From assembly GCF_020745735.1 (NCBI RefSeq), contig NC_083416.1, forward strand, positions 69,837,131-69,901,130: a stretch of 64,000 bases of DNA, in the 5' to 3' direction. This DNA comes from Hemiscyllium ocellatum. Its lineage: Eukaryota. Below are positions 38,387 through 49,185 of this stretch, one piece after another. The notes beneath the pieces were generated by a model. The model ran no database searches. It was not told the DNA's origin and saw only the letters and a program-made list of their open reading frames with translations. Position 1 is the stretch's first letter. Each line of letters opens with the position of its first letter. A program made the position numbers and the translations under genes.

Positions 38387-40622
38387 TGGATTAGTGGTGC
38401 TGGAAGAGCACAGCAGTTCAGGCAACATCCGAGGAGCAGCGAAATTGACGTTTCGGGCAAAAGCCCTTCATCAGGAATAAAGGCAGTGAGCCTGAAGCGT
38501 GGAGAGATAAGCTAGAGGAGGGTGGGGGTGGGGAGAAAGTAGCATAGAGTACAATGGGTGAGTGGGGGAGGGGATGAAGGTGATAGGTCAGGGAGGAGAG
38601 AGTGGAGTGGATAGGTGGAAAAGGCAGGTAGGACAAGTCATGGGGACAGTGCTGAGCTGGAAGTTTGGAACTAGGGTGAAGTGGGGGAAAGGGGAAATGA
38701 GGAAACTGTTGAAGTCCACATTGATGCCCTGGGGTTGAAGTGTTCCGAGGCAGAAGATGAGGCGTTCTTCCTCCAGGCGTCTGGTGGTGAGGGAGCTGCA
38801 GTGAAGGAGGCCCAGGGCCTCCATGTCCTCGGCACAGTGGGAGGGGGAGTTGAAATGTTGGGCCACCGGGCGGTGTGGTTGATTGGTGCAGGCGTCCCGG
38901 AGATGTTCCCTAAAGCGTGCTGCTAGAGGCGCCCAGTCTCCCCAATGTAGAGGAGACCGCATCGGGAGCAACGGATACAATAAATGATATTCGTGGATGT
39001 GCAGGTAAAACTTTGATGGATGTGCAAGGTTCCTTTAGGGCCTTGGTTGGAGGTGAGGGAGGAGGTGTGGGCACAGGTTTTACAGTTCCTGCGGTGGCAG
39101 GGGAAAGTGCCAGGATGGGATGGCGGGTTGTAGGGGGGCATGGACCTGACCAGGTAGTCATGGAGGGAACGGTCTTTGCGGAAGGCAGAAAGTGGTGGGG
39201 AGGGAAATATATCCCTGGCGGTGGGGTCTTTTTGGAGGTGGCAGACATGTCGGCGGATGATTTGGTTTATGCGAAGATTTGTAGGGTGGAAGGTGAGCAC
39301 CAGGGGCGTTCTGTCCTTGTTACGGCTGGAGGGGTGGGGTCTGAGGGCGGAGGTGCGGGATGTGGACGAGATGTGTTGGAGGGCAACTTTAACCATGTGG
39401 GAAGGGAAATTGCGGTCTCTAAAGAAGGAGGCCATCTGGTATGTTCTATGGTGGAACTGGTCCTCCTGAGATTTGATACAGCGGAGGCGGAGAAATTGGG
39501 AATACGGGATGGCATTTTTGCAAGAGGTAGGGTGGGAAGAAGTGTAATCCAGCTAGTTGTGAGAGTCGGAGGGTTTGTAAAACCTGTCAGTGTCAAGTCG
39601 GTCGTCATTAATGGAGGTGGAGAGGTCCAGGAAGGGGAGGGAGGTGTCAGAGACGGTCCAGGTAAATTTAAGGTCAGGATGGAATGTGTTGGTGAAGTTG
39701 ATGAATTGCTCAACCTCCTCGCGGGAGCACGAGGTGGCGCCAATGCAGTCATCAATGTAGCGGAGGAAGAGGTGGGGAGTGGTGCCGGTGTAATTACGGA
39801 AGATCAACTGTTCTACATAGCCAACAAAGAGACAGGCATAGCTGGGGCCCATACATGTGCCCATGGCTACCCCTTTGGTCTGGAGGAAGTGGGAGGATTC
39901 AAAGGAGAAATCGTTAAGGGTGAGGACCAGTTTGACCAAACGAATGAGAGTGTCGGTGGAAGGGTACTGTTGGGGACGTCTGGAGAGGAAAAAACGGAGG
40001 GTTTGGAGGCCATGGTCATGGCGGATGGAGGTTTAGAGGGATTGGATATCCATGGTGAAGATGAGGTGTTGGATGCCGGGGAAACGGAAATCTTGGAGGA
40101 GGTAGAGGGCGTGGGTGGTGTCTCAAATGTATGTGGGGAGTTCCTGGGCTAGGGGGGATAGGACAGTGTTGAGGTAGGTAGAGATGAGTTCACTGGGGCA
40201 GAAGCATGCTGAGACAATGGGTCGGCCAGGGTGGTCAGGCTTGTGGATCTTGGGAAGGAGGTAGAACCGGGCAGTGCGGGGTTCCCGGACTATGAGGTTG
40301 GAAGCTGTGGGTGGGAGATCTCCTGAGGTGATGAGGTTCTGTATGGTCTGGGAGATGATGGTTTGGTGATTGGGGGGGGGGGGGTGGGGTCATGGTTGAG
40401 GGGGCAGTAGGAAGAGGTGTCTTCGAGTTGGCGTTTGGCTTCAGCGGTGTAGAGGTCAGTGCGCCAGACTACCACTGTGCCCCCTTTTTCCACTGGCTTG
40501 ATGGTGAGGTTGGGATTGGAGCAGAGGGATTGGAGGGCTGCGCGTTGTGAGGGTGAGAGGTTGGAGTGGGGGAGGAGGGTAGCGCTGGCTTGATGGTGAG
40601 GTTGGGATTGGAGCAAAGGGAA
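38387..40622 (-). mobile_element. Longest Neptune-type PLE in the window, 5'-truncated, with 13-bp TSD
   Basis: TSD ggatttctaatac at 38374-38386 and 40623-40635; HHR core at 38447-38474. Confidence 0.95.
38700..40580 (-). pseudogene. PLE reverse transcriptase plus GIY-YIG endonuclease, disrupted
   Basis: NLTIKPVEKGG, FLQTKGVAMGTCMGPSYACLF, LRYIDD, LPFLDL, Cys-rich linker GTFPCHRRNCKTC, IYCIRCSRCGLLYIGET, RFREH; stop near 39553 and frameshifts near 38925 and 40300-40450. Confidence 0.95.
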
Positions 40623-43614
40623 GGATTTCTAATACCTCTTCCTGGTGAACCTCAGTCACACCTAGTCTAGTAGCCTGTACCTCAGTAATCTCCTCGACAA
40701 CATTGTCATTTTCTAGAGTGAATGCTGTCGAAAAATATTCATTTAGTGCTTCCCCTATCTCCTCTGACTCCACACACAACTTCTCACTACTATCCTTGAT
40801 TGGCCCTAATCTTACTCTTGTCATTCTTTTATTCCTTAAATACCTATAGAAAGCCTTTGGGTTAACTCTGATCCAATCCGCCAACAACTTCTCATGTCTC
40901 CTCCTGGCTCTTCTGAGCTCTCTAGGTCTTTCTTAAATCTTGTAACCCTCAAACACCCTAACTGAGCCTTCACATCTCATCCTAACATAAGCCTTCTTCT
41001 TCCTCTTGACCAGAGATCCCACTTCCTTCGTAAACCACGGCTCCCACGTTCTACAGCTTCCTCCCTGCCTGACAGGTACATACTGATCTAGGACACACAG
41101 TAGCTTTTCCTTGAGCTATCCCCTGCAGTTTCCTTCCCCAACCTATGCTTCCTAAATCTTGCCTGATCGCATCGTAATTGCCTTTCCCCCAGCTGTAACT
41201 CTTGCCCAGTGGTATGAACCTATCCCTTTCAATCACTAAAGTAAACATAACCGAATTGTGATCGCTATCACCAAAATGCTCATCTACTTCCAAGTCTAAA
41301 ACTGGCCGGGCTCATTACCCAGTACCAAATCTAATGTGGCTTCGCCCCTTGTTGGCCACAGTCTACATACTGTGTCAGGAAGACCTCCTGCACACACTGG
41401 ACAAAAACTGACCCATCTATAGTACTCGTAGTATAGTGTTCCCAGTAAATATTTGGAAAGTTGAAGTTCCCATGACAACTACCCTGTCTCTCTCACTCCT
41501 ATCGAGGATCATCTTTGCTATCCTTTCCTCTACATCTCTGGAACTATTCAGAGGCCCATAGAAAACTCCCAACAGGGTGACCTCTCCTTTCCTGTTTCAA
41601 ACTTCAGCCCATACTACCTCAGTTGACGAGTCCCCAAAGGCACAGGATTTTATGGTCTCTGGTTTATCAGGCCCTCTTCTCCTGTTAGTTGACCTCTTCT
41701 AATGCCTCTCCAAGCAGTTTACCTTCAGAGGTCACAACCATAGGTTACTTGTTGGTGTCAGATCATAAAGTGTGATTCGTTGGGGAATCAGGGAGAGAGG
41801 AAAATAGCAGAGACATCTGATCAACATTATTGATAATAAAACTTCCATGAGCATCTTGTATTTATTGAAGTTGATGAGACTGCAGAGCAAAGAGGGATTT
41901 AAGAAGACAGTTAATGGTGGAGAAAAGAAACAGGGAGATAGTGAGAGTTTTGATAGATTAGTGCAGGAGCTGGGAGTAAATGATGGGCAATGCTTTCCAG
42001 ACCATAAGAACCTTAACCTACATTGGCTCCCATTTTCAAATTCAATGTTCCTGTCTTCCTTTTAATTTATAGCCACCTCCAGCATGACATGAACCTTGAA
42101 CTCTGGTTTTCCTGTATAAGCCTCCATGCCTCCTCCATCCCTATGTCTACTCCTAAACTCTACCCTTTCATAATCCCACTCATAATGTGTGCTTGTGCCT
42201 TCACCTACTTAGGCTCCATGTTTGATAATTAATTCTAAAAACTGTTCGATCTCTCTCTCTTCTTATTTTGGATTTACTGTGAAATCCACTCTGTACAAAT
42301 CTCATGTCATCCTACCTAATCCATTCCTTCTTTAGTTTTAGGTTTGTATTTTTTTCTGTGAACGCCCTGGGACATTTTTCTACGTAATAATACTACATGA
42401 ACTGTTGCCATAGTAACATAGCTTTAACTTTCAGAACTAGAGTTCTGACCCTGACCAACTGTCCTATCTTATTTATTGGCTTGACAACGTGATAACTGCA
42501 CTGGAGAGGAAGAACAGGAAAATAATAAGAAAACAATGTGGCTTCTGTTGAAAAATTGAATTTCTTTTCCATTATAATACTACTCATTTAAATCACTACT
42601 TTACAAAGAAGTGACCTTTTGAGTCAAGACAGAATATAAAACAGTAATAGACATTTATTTTTAAATCTAATCACATTTAATCCTTTATTCTGCATATAAC
42701 TTTTAAGTAAATGATAGAAAAATGCTTCTCTGCTAAATGCAGGTTATGATTTTCCCAAAGATGTTGGCAGTTTTAGAGACTGACATTCAGACCCATGCTG
42801 TTCAGTTTATGCTAAAATAGACACTATCATGATACACGGTCTCAGCTGTACGTGCTCAGATCCTTGGATTAAGGCTTGAACGTCAGACTCTGAGGCGAAA
42901 GAGCTACCTACCACTGAATCAAAGCTGATACTCCGTTCAATCTACTAAACTTACTGGTGAAAAAAACAGCCTAAGATGCAGGGAGAAAACTTGCTTCTTA
43001 TCACAGAGCATTTGTACATTGGATCAACACAACATAGTTTGACATTAAAACATTGGAATGGAAGTTTAATCAAATTGAAGTTGAAATGGATGTGAAAACT
43101 CTCCAATCTTCTAAGAAGTAATTAGGCATAAAACAGATTGTTAAATTAGAAAAATTGTCTTATGATGAGCTTCCATCAGCCACTTCTTGCCCTTCAGTCC
43201 TGGTCAATCCAAGTCCTTCTGTAGACTCCCCACTTTCAAAACACTACCTGTCCCTCCAACTATGCTTAGCATAGTCAGCAACCACAACTAGCATCAAATC
43301 TCTTAATACAGTAATGTCCTGTACTGTTTGGGAATGCATCAGAAGGGATGCATTCCCAAAGAACATCTCAAATGGTGAAATTGTGAATACTGAATATGAG
43401 TTAGATTAGGAGTCAATTGGGTATCTCAAGCACATAAGAGTGAGCAAAAATTCACTGAAACCAATGTTTTATCAAATATAAAGAGCTCCTCTAGAAAAAT
43501 GAAATGAACTAAAAAAAATTGAAAATGTGGGACACTGGCAGTCAACATAGGATGAAGTTGATAGATCACAAATTGCCAGAACTGCACAAGATTGTGGACC
43601 AACATGGGAATGAA

Positions 43615-44882
43615 TCACCCACGACTGTGTGCCCAATTTCCAAATGAACACCATCTACAGGTTTGTGATGACACCACCATGATAGGACGGATATTAAACA
43701 ACGATGAGTCAGAATAACAAAAGAAGAGGAAGGGCTTGGTATCATTGTGCAATGATAACAACCTCTGTTGTTGTGAGTCTGTTTGCTGAGTTGGGAATGT
43801 GTGTTGCAGATGTTTCGTCCCCTGTCTAGGTGACATCCTCAGTGCTTGGGAGCCTCCTGTGAAGCGCTTCTGTGTTGTTTCCTCCAGCATTTATAGTAGT
43901 TTGTCTCTGCCGCTTCCGATTGTCAGTTCCAGCTGGCTGCTGCAGTGGCCGGTATATTGGGTCCAGGCCACAGCAGCGGACAGCTGGAACTGACAACTGG
44001 AAGCGGCAGAGACAAGCCACTATAAATGCTGGAGGAAACAACACAGAAGCGCTTCACAGGAGGCTCCCAAGCACTGAGGGTGTCACCTAGACAAGGGACG
44101 AAATGTCTGCAACACAAATTCCCAGCTCGGTGAACAGAACCGCAACAACATGCACCCAAGCTACAAATCTTCTCACAAACTTTGATAACAACCTCTCTCT
44201 CAATTCAGCAAAACTAAAGAACTGGTCGTTGACTTCAGGAACAAAAGAGGAGGACACACCCCCATCTACATTAACGGAACTGAGGTTGCCTTTCTCGACC
44301 CCTGAGGGTCGAGAGCGTCAACTTCCTAGGAGCAACAATAACCAACAACCTGTCCTAAATTTCCCACATAGATGTAACGGTCAAGATGGCGCAACAATGC
44401 CCCTTATCAACTTATAGAGATGCGTCATAGAAATCATACTAGCCAGGTGCATAATGGTCTGGTATGACAACTGCTCTGCCCAGGACTGGAAGAAAGTACA
44501 GATGGTGTGTGCACAACACAGACCATCATGGGTGCCAACCTCCCATCCATAGGCTCCATTTACATCCCTTGTTGCTGTAGAAAAGCTGCCAACATCATCA
44601 AAGACCATCACAACATGGTAATGCTCTCCTACAATCCCTTCCATCAGGCAAAAGATGCAGAAGGTTGAACACATGCACCAGCAAGTTCAAGAACAGATTC
44701 ATCCCTGCCATTATTGGACAGATGAATAGACTCTCTAACTTTAAATAATGTTGAACTTGTTACTGCTGTTCTCGCCTCACACACATCCTGTAAAGTGTAA
44801 CCTGATGCCTCACTCTATCCAAGCTGTTTTCACCCTATGATCTGAAAGTTCTTGCTTTCTATGATCTGCCTGTAGTGCTCAC
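43615..44882 (+). mobile_element. Rex1/Babar-clade LINE 3' fragment interrupted by a fold-back element
   Basis: Decayed HDCV...IYRF.DDTTMIG.I.NNDES...NDNNLSLN..KTKELVVDFR; 3' UTR similar to 15060-15280. Confidence 0.8.
43767..44182. mobile_element. Fold-back element, HHR family 4, with 14-bp TSD
   Basis: About 170-bp near-perfect inverted arms; TSD tgataacaacctct at 43753-43766 and 44183-44196; arm consensus GCA-CTGAGGA-t-GTC...GAC-GAAAC-GTC-TGC. Confidence 0.92.
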
Positions 44883-45049
44883 ATTTGGAGCTGGGGAGAT
44901 ACCTGTCCCCATAGAAATTACATTCCCAAAGGGAATGCCCAACTGTGACCCTTAAGTAGTTAGTTAGCAACCACTTAACAACCTCACGTTGACTGGGCTG
45001 CAAGTGGAATAAGAATCTGCCGAGAGTTCCGAACCTCGCTCAGGAGCTC

Positions 45050-45800
45050 GTGACCCACAACCTGAGTTGTGTAGTGTGTCCTTTTGCCTTCGAAGAAGCA
45101 TTCTTTGTACAGGCTTCTGCTGCACACCATCCACCTTGATTCCTTGACTCCTTTGTCCACTGCCCGGATACACCTTGACATGCTTACTTACCATCAGGTG
45201 GTAGGACCCCCCAGTAGAGGCTCTCTCTGCAGGGTCCTCCCATTTTCCATCAGGGACCTGGGGTGGAGGGTGTTGTATGCAGCAGACCCTGATAACCACA
45301 GGTTGTGGTGGTTCATGAACTCCAAGCCCAACTGTTTATTTTACAGCATTGTGGAGTCAGTAGACCATGCATTTATTGGTTGTGAGCAATTGCATCCTCT
45401 CTTTAGTTGTTTGAAAAACCTTCTGATGTGCTTTAGGTTGTACTTCTGCCTCACACTCCTGATATATGAGCATCTGGTGCCTGGCCCTTGTCAGCTGGCA
45501 ACACGTGGGTCCAGGCACCAGGCTGTGGTGGGGCTCATATCTGCCCCTTTTCCATGGTTATATGCATGTCCAGGTTTCTATGGAATAGGAGCACGTAGCT
45601 TCCATCAATGCTGTCAATGCCTTTGGACGGAGATAGCCACCACAAGGGATACAGTGCTTAATTACCCCTTCCAACCCCATTTTAATTTAGTCCCTTCCTA
45701 CTGTCCCTACCCCACCCCCTCACTTTTGATGGTTCACATTCCCCTTAATGGGCTTTGCATGGAATTGGTTGCACTGGTGGTGGTTAACAAATAAAAATAA
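45050..45800 (+). mobile_element. Tx1/L1-clade non-LTR C-terminal relic
   Basis: RDLGWRVLY...CLF...ESVDHAFIGC zinc-knuckle (zf-RVT-like) region; A-rich end aaataaaaataaaa. Confidence 0.65.
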
Positions 45801-46066
45801 AAGTCAAAGTGATTTGGTGGTAGGAAGTCATTCAGTTGTGTGTGACAGTACTTCCAGCTATACCAGGAAATAAATAGATAGAAATAGAAATAAATAAATA
45901 AGGGGTAGGCGTCCCTGTTTATAATTTGTGCAAAACCACGGGAATGGACCTTAGATGGGAATAGCACCCTTTGATGGTACATCCCTTGCCCTCACCTATG
46001 CACCGAGTCCATGTAACACTTGCCCACCATGAAGCACTTACTTTTCTTGGCAGTGATCCTCCATCT

Positions 46067-47646
46067 GGAAATGTGTTGCTGGTTAAAGCACAGCAGGTCA
46101 GGCAGCATCCAAGGAATAGGAAATTCGACGTTTCGGGCATAAGCCCTTCATCAGGAATGAGGAGAGTGTGCCAAGCAGGCTAAGATAAAAGGTAGGGAGG
46201 AGGGACTTGGGGGAGGGGCGATGGAGATGTGATAGGTGGAAGGAGGTCAAGGTAAGGGTGATAGGCCGGAGTGGGGTGGGGGCGGAGAGGTCAGGAAGAA
46301 GATTGCAGGTTAGGAGGGCAGTGCTGAGTTGAGGGAACCGACTGAGACAAGGTGGGGGGAGGGGAAATGAGGAAACTGGAGAAATCTGAGTTCATTCCTT
46401 GTGGTTGGAGGGTTCCCAGGCAGAAGATGAGGCTCTCCTCTTCCAGCCGTCGTGTTGTTATGTTCTGCCGGTGGAGGAGTCCAAGGACCTGCATGTCCTC
46501 GGTGGAGTGGGAGGGAGAGTTAAAGTGTTGAGCCACGGGGTGGTTGGGTTGGTTGGTCCGGGCGTCCCAGAGGTGTTCTCTGAAGCGTTCCGCAAGTAAG
46601 CGGCCCGTCTCCCCAATATAGAGGAGGCCACATCGGGTGCAGCGGATGCAATAGATGATGTGTGTGGAGGTACAGGTGAACTTGTGGCGGATATGGAAGG
46701 ATTCCTTGGGGCCTTGGAGGGAAGTGAGGGAGGAGGTGTGGGCGCAAGTTTTACATTTCCTGCAGTTGCAGGGGAAGGTGCCGGAAGTGGAGGTTGGGTT
46801 GGTGGGGGGTGTGGACCTGACGAGGGAGTCACGAAGGGAGTGGTCTTTGCGGAACGCTGATAGGAGAGGGGAGGGAAATATATCCCTGGTGGTGGGGTCC
46901 GTTTGGAGGTGGCGGAAATGATGGCGGATGATACATTTCCTGCGGTTGCAGGGGAAGGTGCAATCAACCCTACCCCAGCTCAGGACAACACTCTCACAGA
47001 CCTGCAAAGGACCCCTGCTGTTCTTCATCTACAGAAGAATCCACACACTAAACAAACAGTGGGGAGACAGGCTGCTTACTTGCAGAACGCTTCAGAGAAC
47101 ACCTCTGGGCCGCCCGGACCAACCAACCCAACCACCCCGTGGCTCAACACTTTAACTCTCCCTCCCACTCCACCGAGGACATGCAGGTCCTTGGACTCCT
47201 CCACCGGCAGAACACAACAACACGACGGCTGGAGGAGGAGCGCCTCATCTTCCGCCTGGGAACCCTCCAACCACAAGGTATGAATTCAGATTTCTCCAGT
47301 TTCCTCATTTCCCCTCCCCCCACCTTGTCTCAGTCGGTTCCCTCAACTCAGCACCGCCCTCCTAACCTGCAATCTCCTTACTGACCTCTCCGCCCCCACC
47401 CCACTCCGGCCTATCAACCTCACCTTGACCTCCTTCCACCTATCCCACCTCCATCGCCCCTCCCCCTAGTCCCTCCTCCCTACCTTTTATCTTAGCCTGC
47501 TTGGCTACTCTCTCTTATTCCTGATGAAGGGCTTATGCTCGAAATGTCGAATTCTCTATTCCTGAGATGCTGCCTGGCCTGCTGTGCTTTAACCAGCAAC
47601 ACATTTGCAGCTGTGATCTCCAGCATCTGCAGACCTCATTTTTTAC
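46067..47646. mobile_element. Young Neptune-type PLE in inverted (head-to-head) configuration with about 100-bp unrelated spacer
   Basis: Minus arm 46067-46961 carries an open GIY-YIG C-terminal frame; plus arm 47060-47646 is its reverse complement; no TSD found. Confidence 0.92.
46123..46158 (-). ncRNA. Minimal hammerhead ribozyme motif (family 1), best copy
   Basis: ATTC-CTGATGA-a-GGGC-ttat-GCCC-GAAAC-GTC-GAAT with perfect stems I and II and palindromic ACGT stem III. Confidence 0.88.
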
Positions 47647-48135
47647 TGTAACATAAAATAGGCCACAGACAGGGGAATGTCCACAGTCACGTCGTGTACA
47701 TCAAATTCATGACTCTTTATCATTTTACAAACCCTGTATAGACCAATATCTTTTGACAAGAAACTCAAATTTCCAATGAATAACTGATAGGATCACACAA
47801 CAGGGTTTTGCGTATTAAGACTTTTACTGTAACAACCTAAAAGCAAACTTGACTAAATGTTATTTCAGTAGACAAGTTATACTCAAAACTGCAGGAAAGA
47901 TCCTCAACTTAATGTTTGAAATGGGCAAAAATCTCTTAGTATTTCTATAGTTTACTCTATCCCTTAAATAGACATTTCATTCACTGGGAACAAGTTGTGA
48001 TTCTTAGCTCCTTTTTCCTTAAGATTGATTACCAGCGCGGCTGTTTGTGTGTACTGTTTAAAAGTGTAAACAACCTGCAGCCCACCCTCTTTAACCTTTA
48101 ACAATCAAATCAGTTTTGCAATCATCAAAACTCAG

Positions 48136-48335
48136 TTAAAAATCATGCAACTCCAGGTTATAGTCCAACAGGTTTAATTGGAAGCACACTAGCTTTTGGA
48201 TCGCTGCTCCTTCATCAGGTGGTTGTGATTCACCAGTGCTCTGAAAGCTAGTGCTTCCAATTAAAACTGTTGGACTATAACCTGGTGTTGTGTGATTTTT
48301 ACCTTGTACACCCCAGTCCAACACCGGCATCTCCA
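48136..48335. mobile_element. Fold-back element, HHR family 2, with 16-bp TSD
   Basis: TSD aatcatcaaaa(c/t)tcag at 48120-48135 and 48336-48351; inverted arms. Confidence 0.88.
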
Positions 48336-48518
48336 AATCATCAAAATTCAGAACAGGTCTTATAACAACCCTACCCTTTTCATTTTCTATTTCACCCCAA
48401 ATTAAAGATATAGTCCCAAAAACAAAAGTTTTGTAAAACCTCACATTTGCAACGATCAACTACACGTATACTCTGAAATATTGGTTAATTTGTACATGAA
48501 AGGAAAGAGAAAAACTAG

Positions 48519-48840
48519 AAACAAAAACAGAAATTGCTGGAAAAGTTCAGCAGGTCTGGCAGCATCAATGGAGAGAAATCAGAGTTAACGTTTCGGGTCC
48601 AGTGGCCTTTCCTCAGAACTGATGGTAACTCAGAAAAAATTGTTTCTAGCTTTATCTCTACCACTTGTCAACTCCTTACTCTGTCCATCCACCTTCACCT
48701 CTGCATAAGAACAAGTTTTACCGAGCTACATTATTTCCGAAGGAGGGTCATTGGACCTGAAACGTTAACTCTGATTTCTCTCTACAGATGTTGCCAGACA
48801 TACTGAGCTCTTTCAGCAATTTCTCTTTTTGTTTCCGAAC
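48519..48840. mobile_element. Fold-back element, HHR family 3, with 11-bp TSD
   Basis: TSD agaaaaactag at 48508-48518 and 48841-48851; minus-strand HHR 48583-48620 AGTT-CTGAGGA-a-aggcc-actg-gaccc-GAAAC-GTT-AACT; mirror copy about 48735-48770. Confidence 0.85.
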
Positions 48841-48854
48841 AGAAAAACTAGTGG

Positions 48855-49185
48855 CACTTCTCCCTAGCCTCAGGATATCTCAAAGCACTTTACATCCTAG
48901 TCATACTGAAGTGCTGCCACTCTAAACATATGAAGTGCAACAATCCATCTGCAAACTGTAAGCTCCCACAGACATCAATGTGGTGATGATCAGATAATCT
49001 GCTTTTTTATTGATGTTTTATGAGGGACAAGTATTAGCCAGGACACTGAGAATCACTTCTTCAAAGTAGTCTGGGATGTTTTAAATCCTCGTGAAAGGTA
49101 GGGCTTCAGATTAATGTCTATTCCGAAAAACGGCACCTCTGGAAGTGCAACGTTCGCTCAGCACTGAGCGGCAGCCTAGATGCCG
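48855..49185 (-). mobile_element. Decayed Deu-domain SINE
   Basis: cctcaggatatctcaaagcactttaca; gcaaactgtaagctcccaca; cggcacctctggaagtgcaacgttcgctcagcactg. Confidence 0.65.

Larger units (their letters stand above)
36614..41638 (-). mobile_element. Long HER1/CR1 LINE ORF2 relic (APE C-terminus plus RT) with two nested PLE insertions
   Basis: LDLVLGNEPG, GDSDHNSV (APE); KSPGPDGIYPRIL, WRIANVVPLFKKG, CLTNLVEFFE, VYMDFSKVFD, QGSVLGP, SKLADDTK (RT); tail agaacatagaacat; many stops and frameshifts. Confidence 0.95.

Noticed and set aside
38917-40152. Longest ORF (411 aa, + strand)
   Set aside because: It lies codon-in-register antisense to the PLE RT/GIY-YIG relic. Lack of stops follows from the scarcity of TTA/CTA/TCA codons in the C-rich sense frame, and the product is Gly/Val/Glu-rich with no recognisable domain.
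43799-44159. Near-identical ORFs on opposite strands
   Set aside because: A trivial consequence of the palindromic element.
45084-45794. 236-aa ORF as a host gene
   Set aside because: Matches a degenerate Tx1-type zinc-knuckle C-terminus and drifts out of frame.
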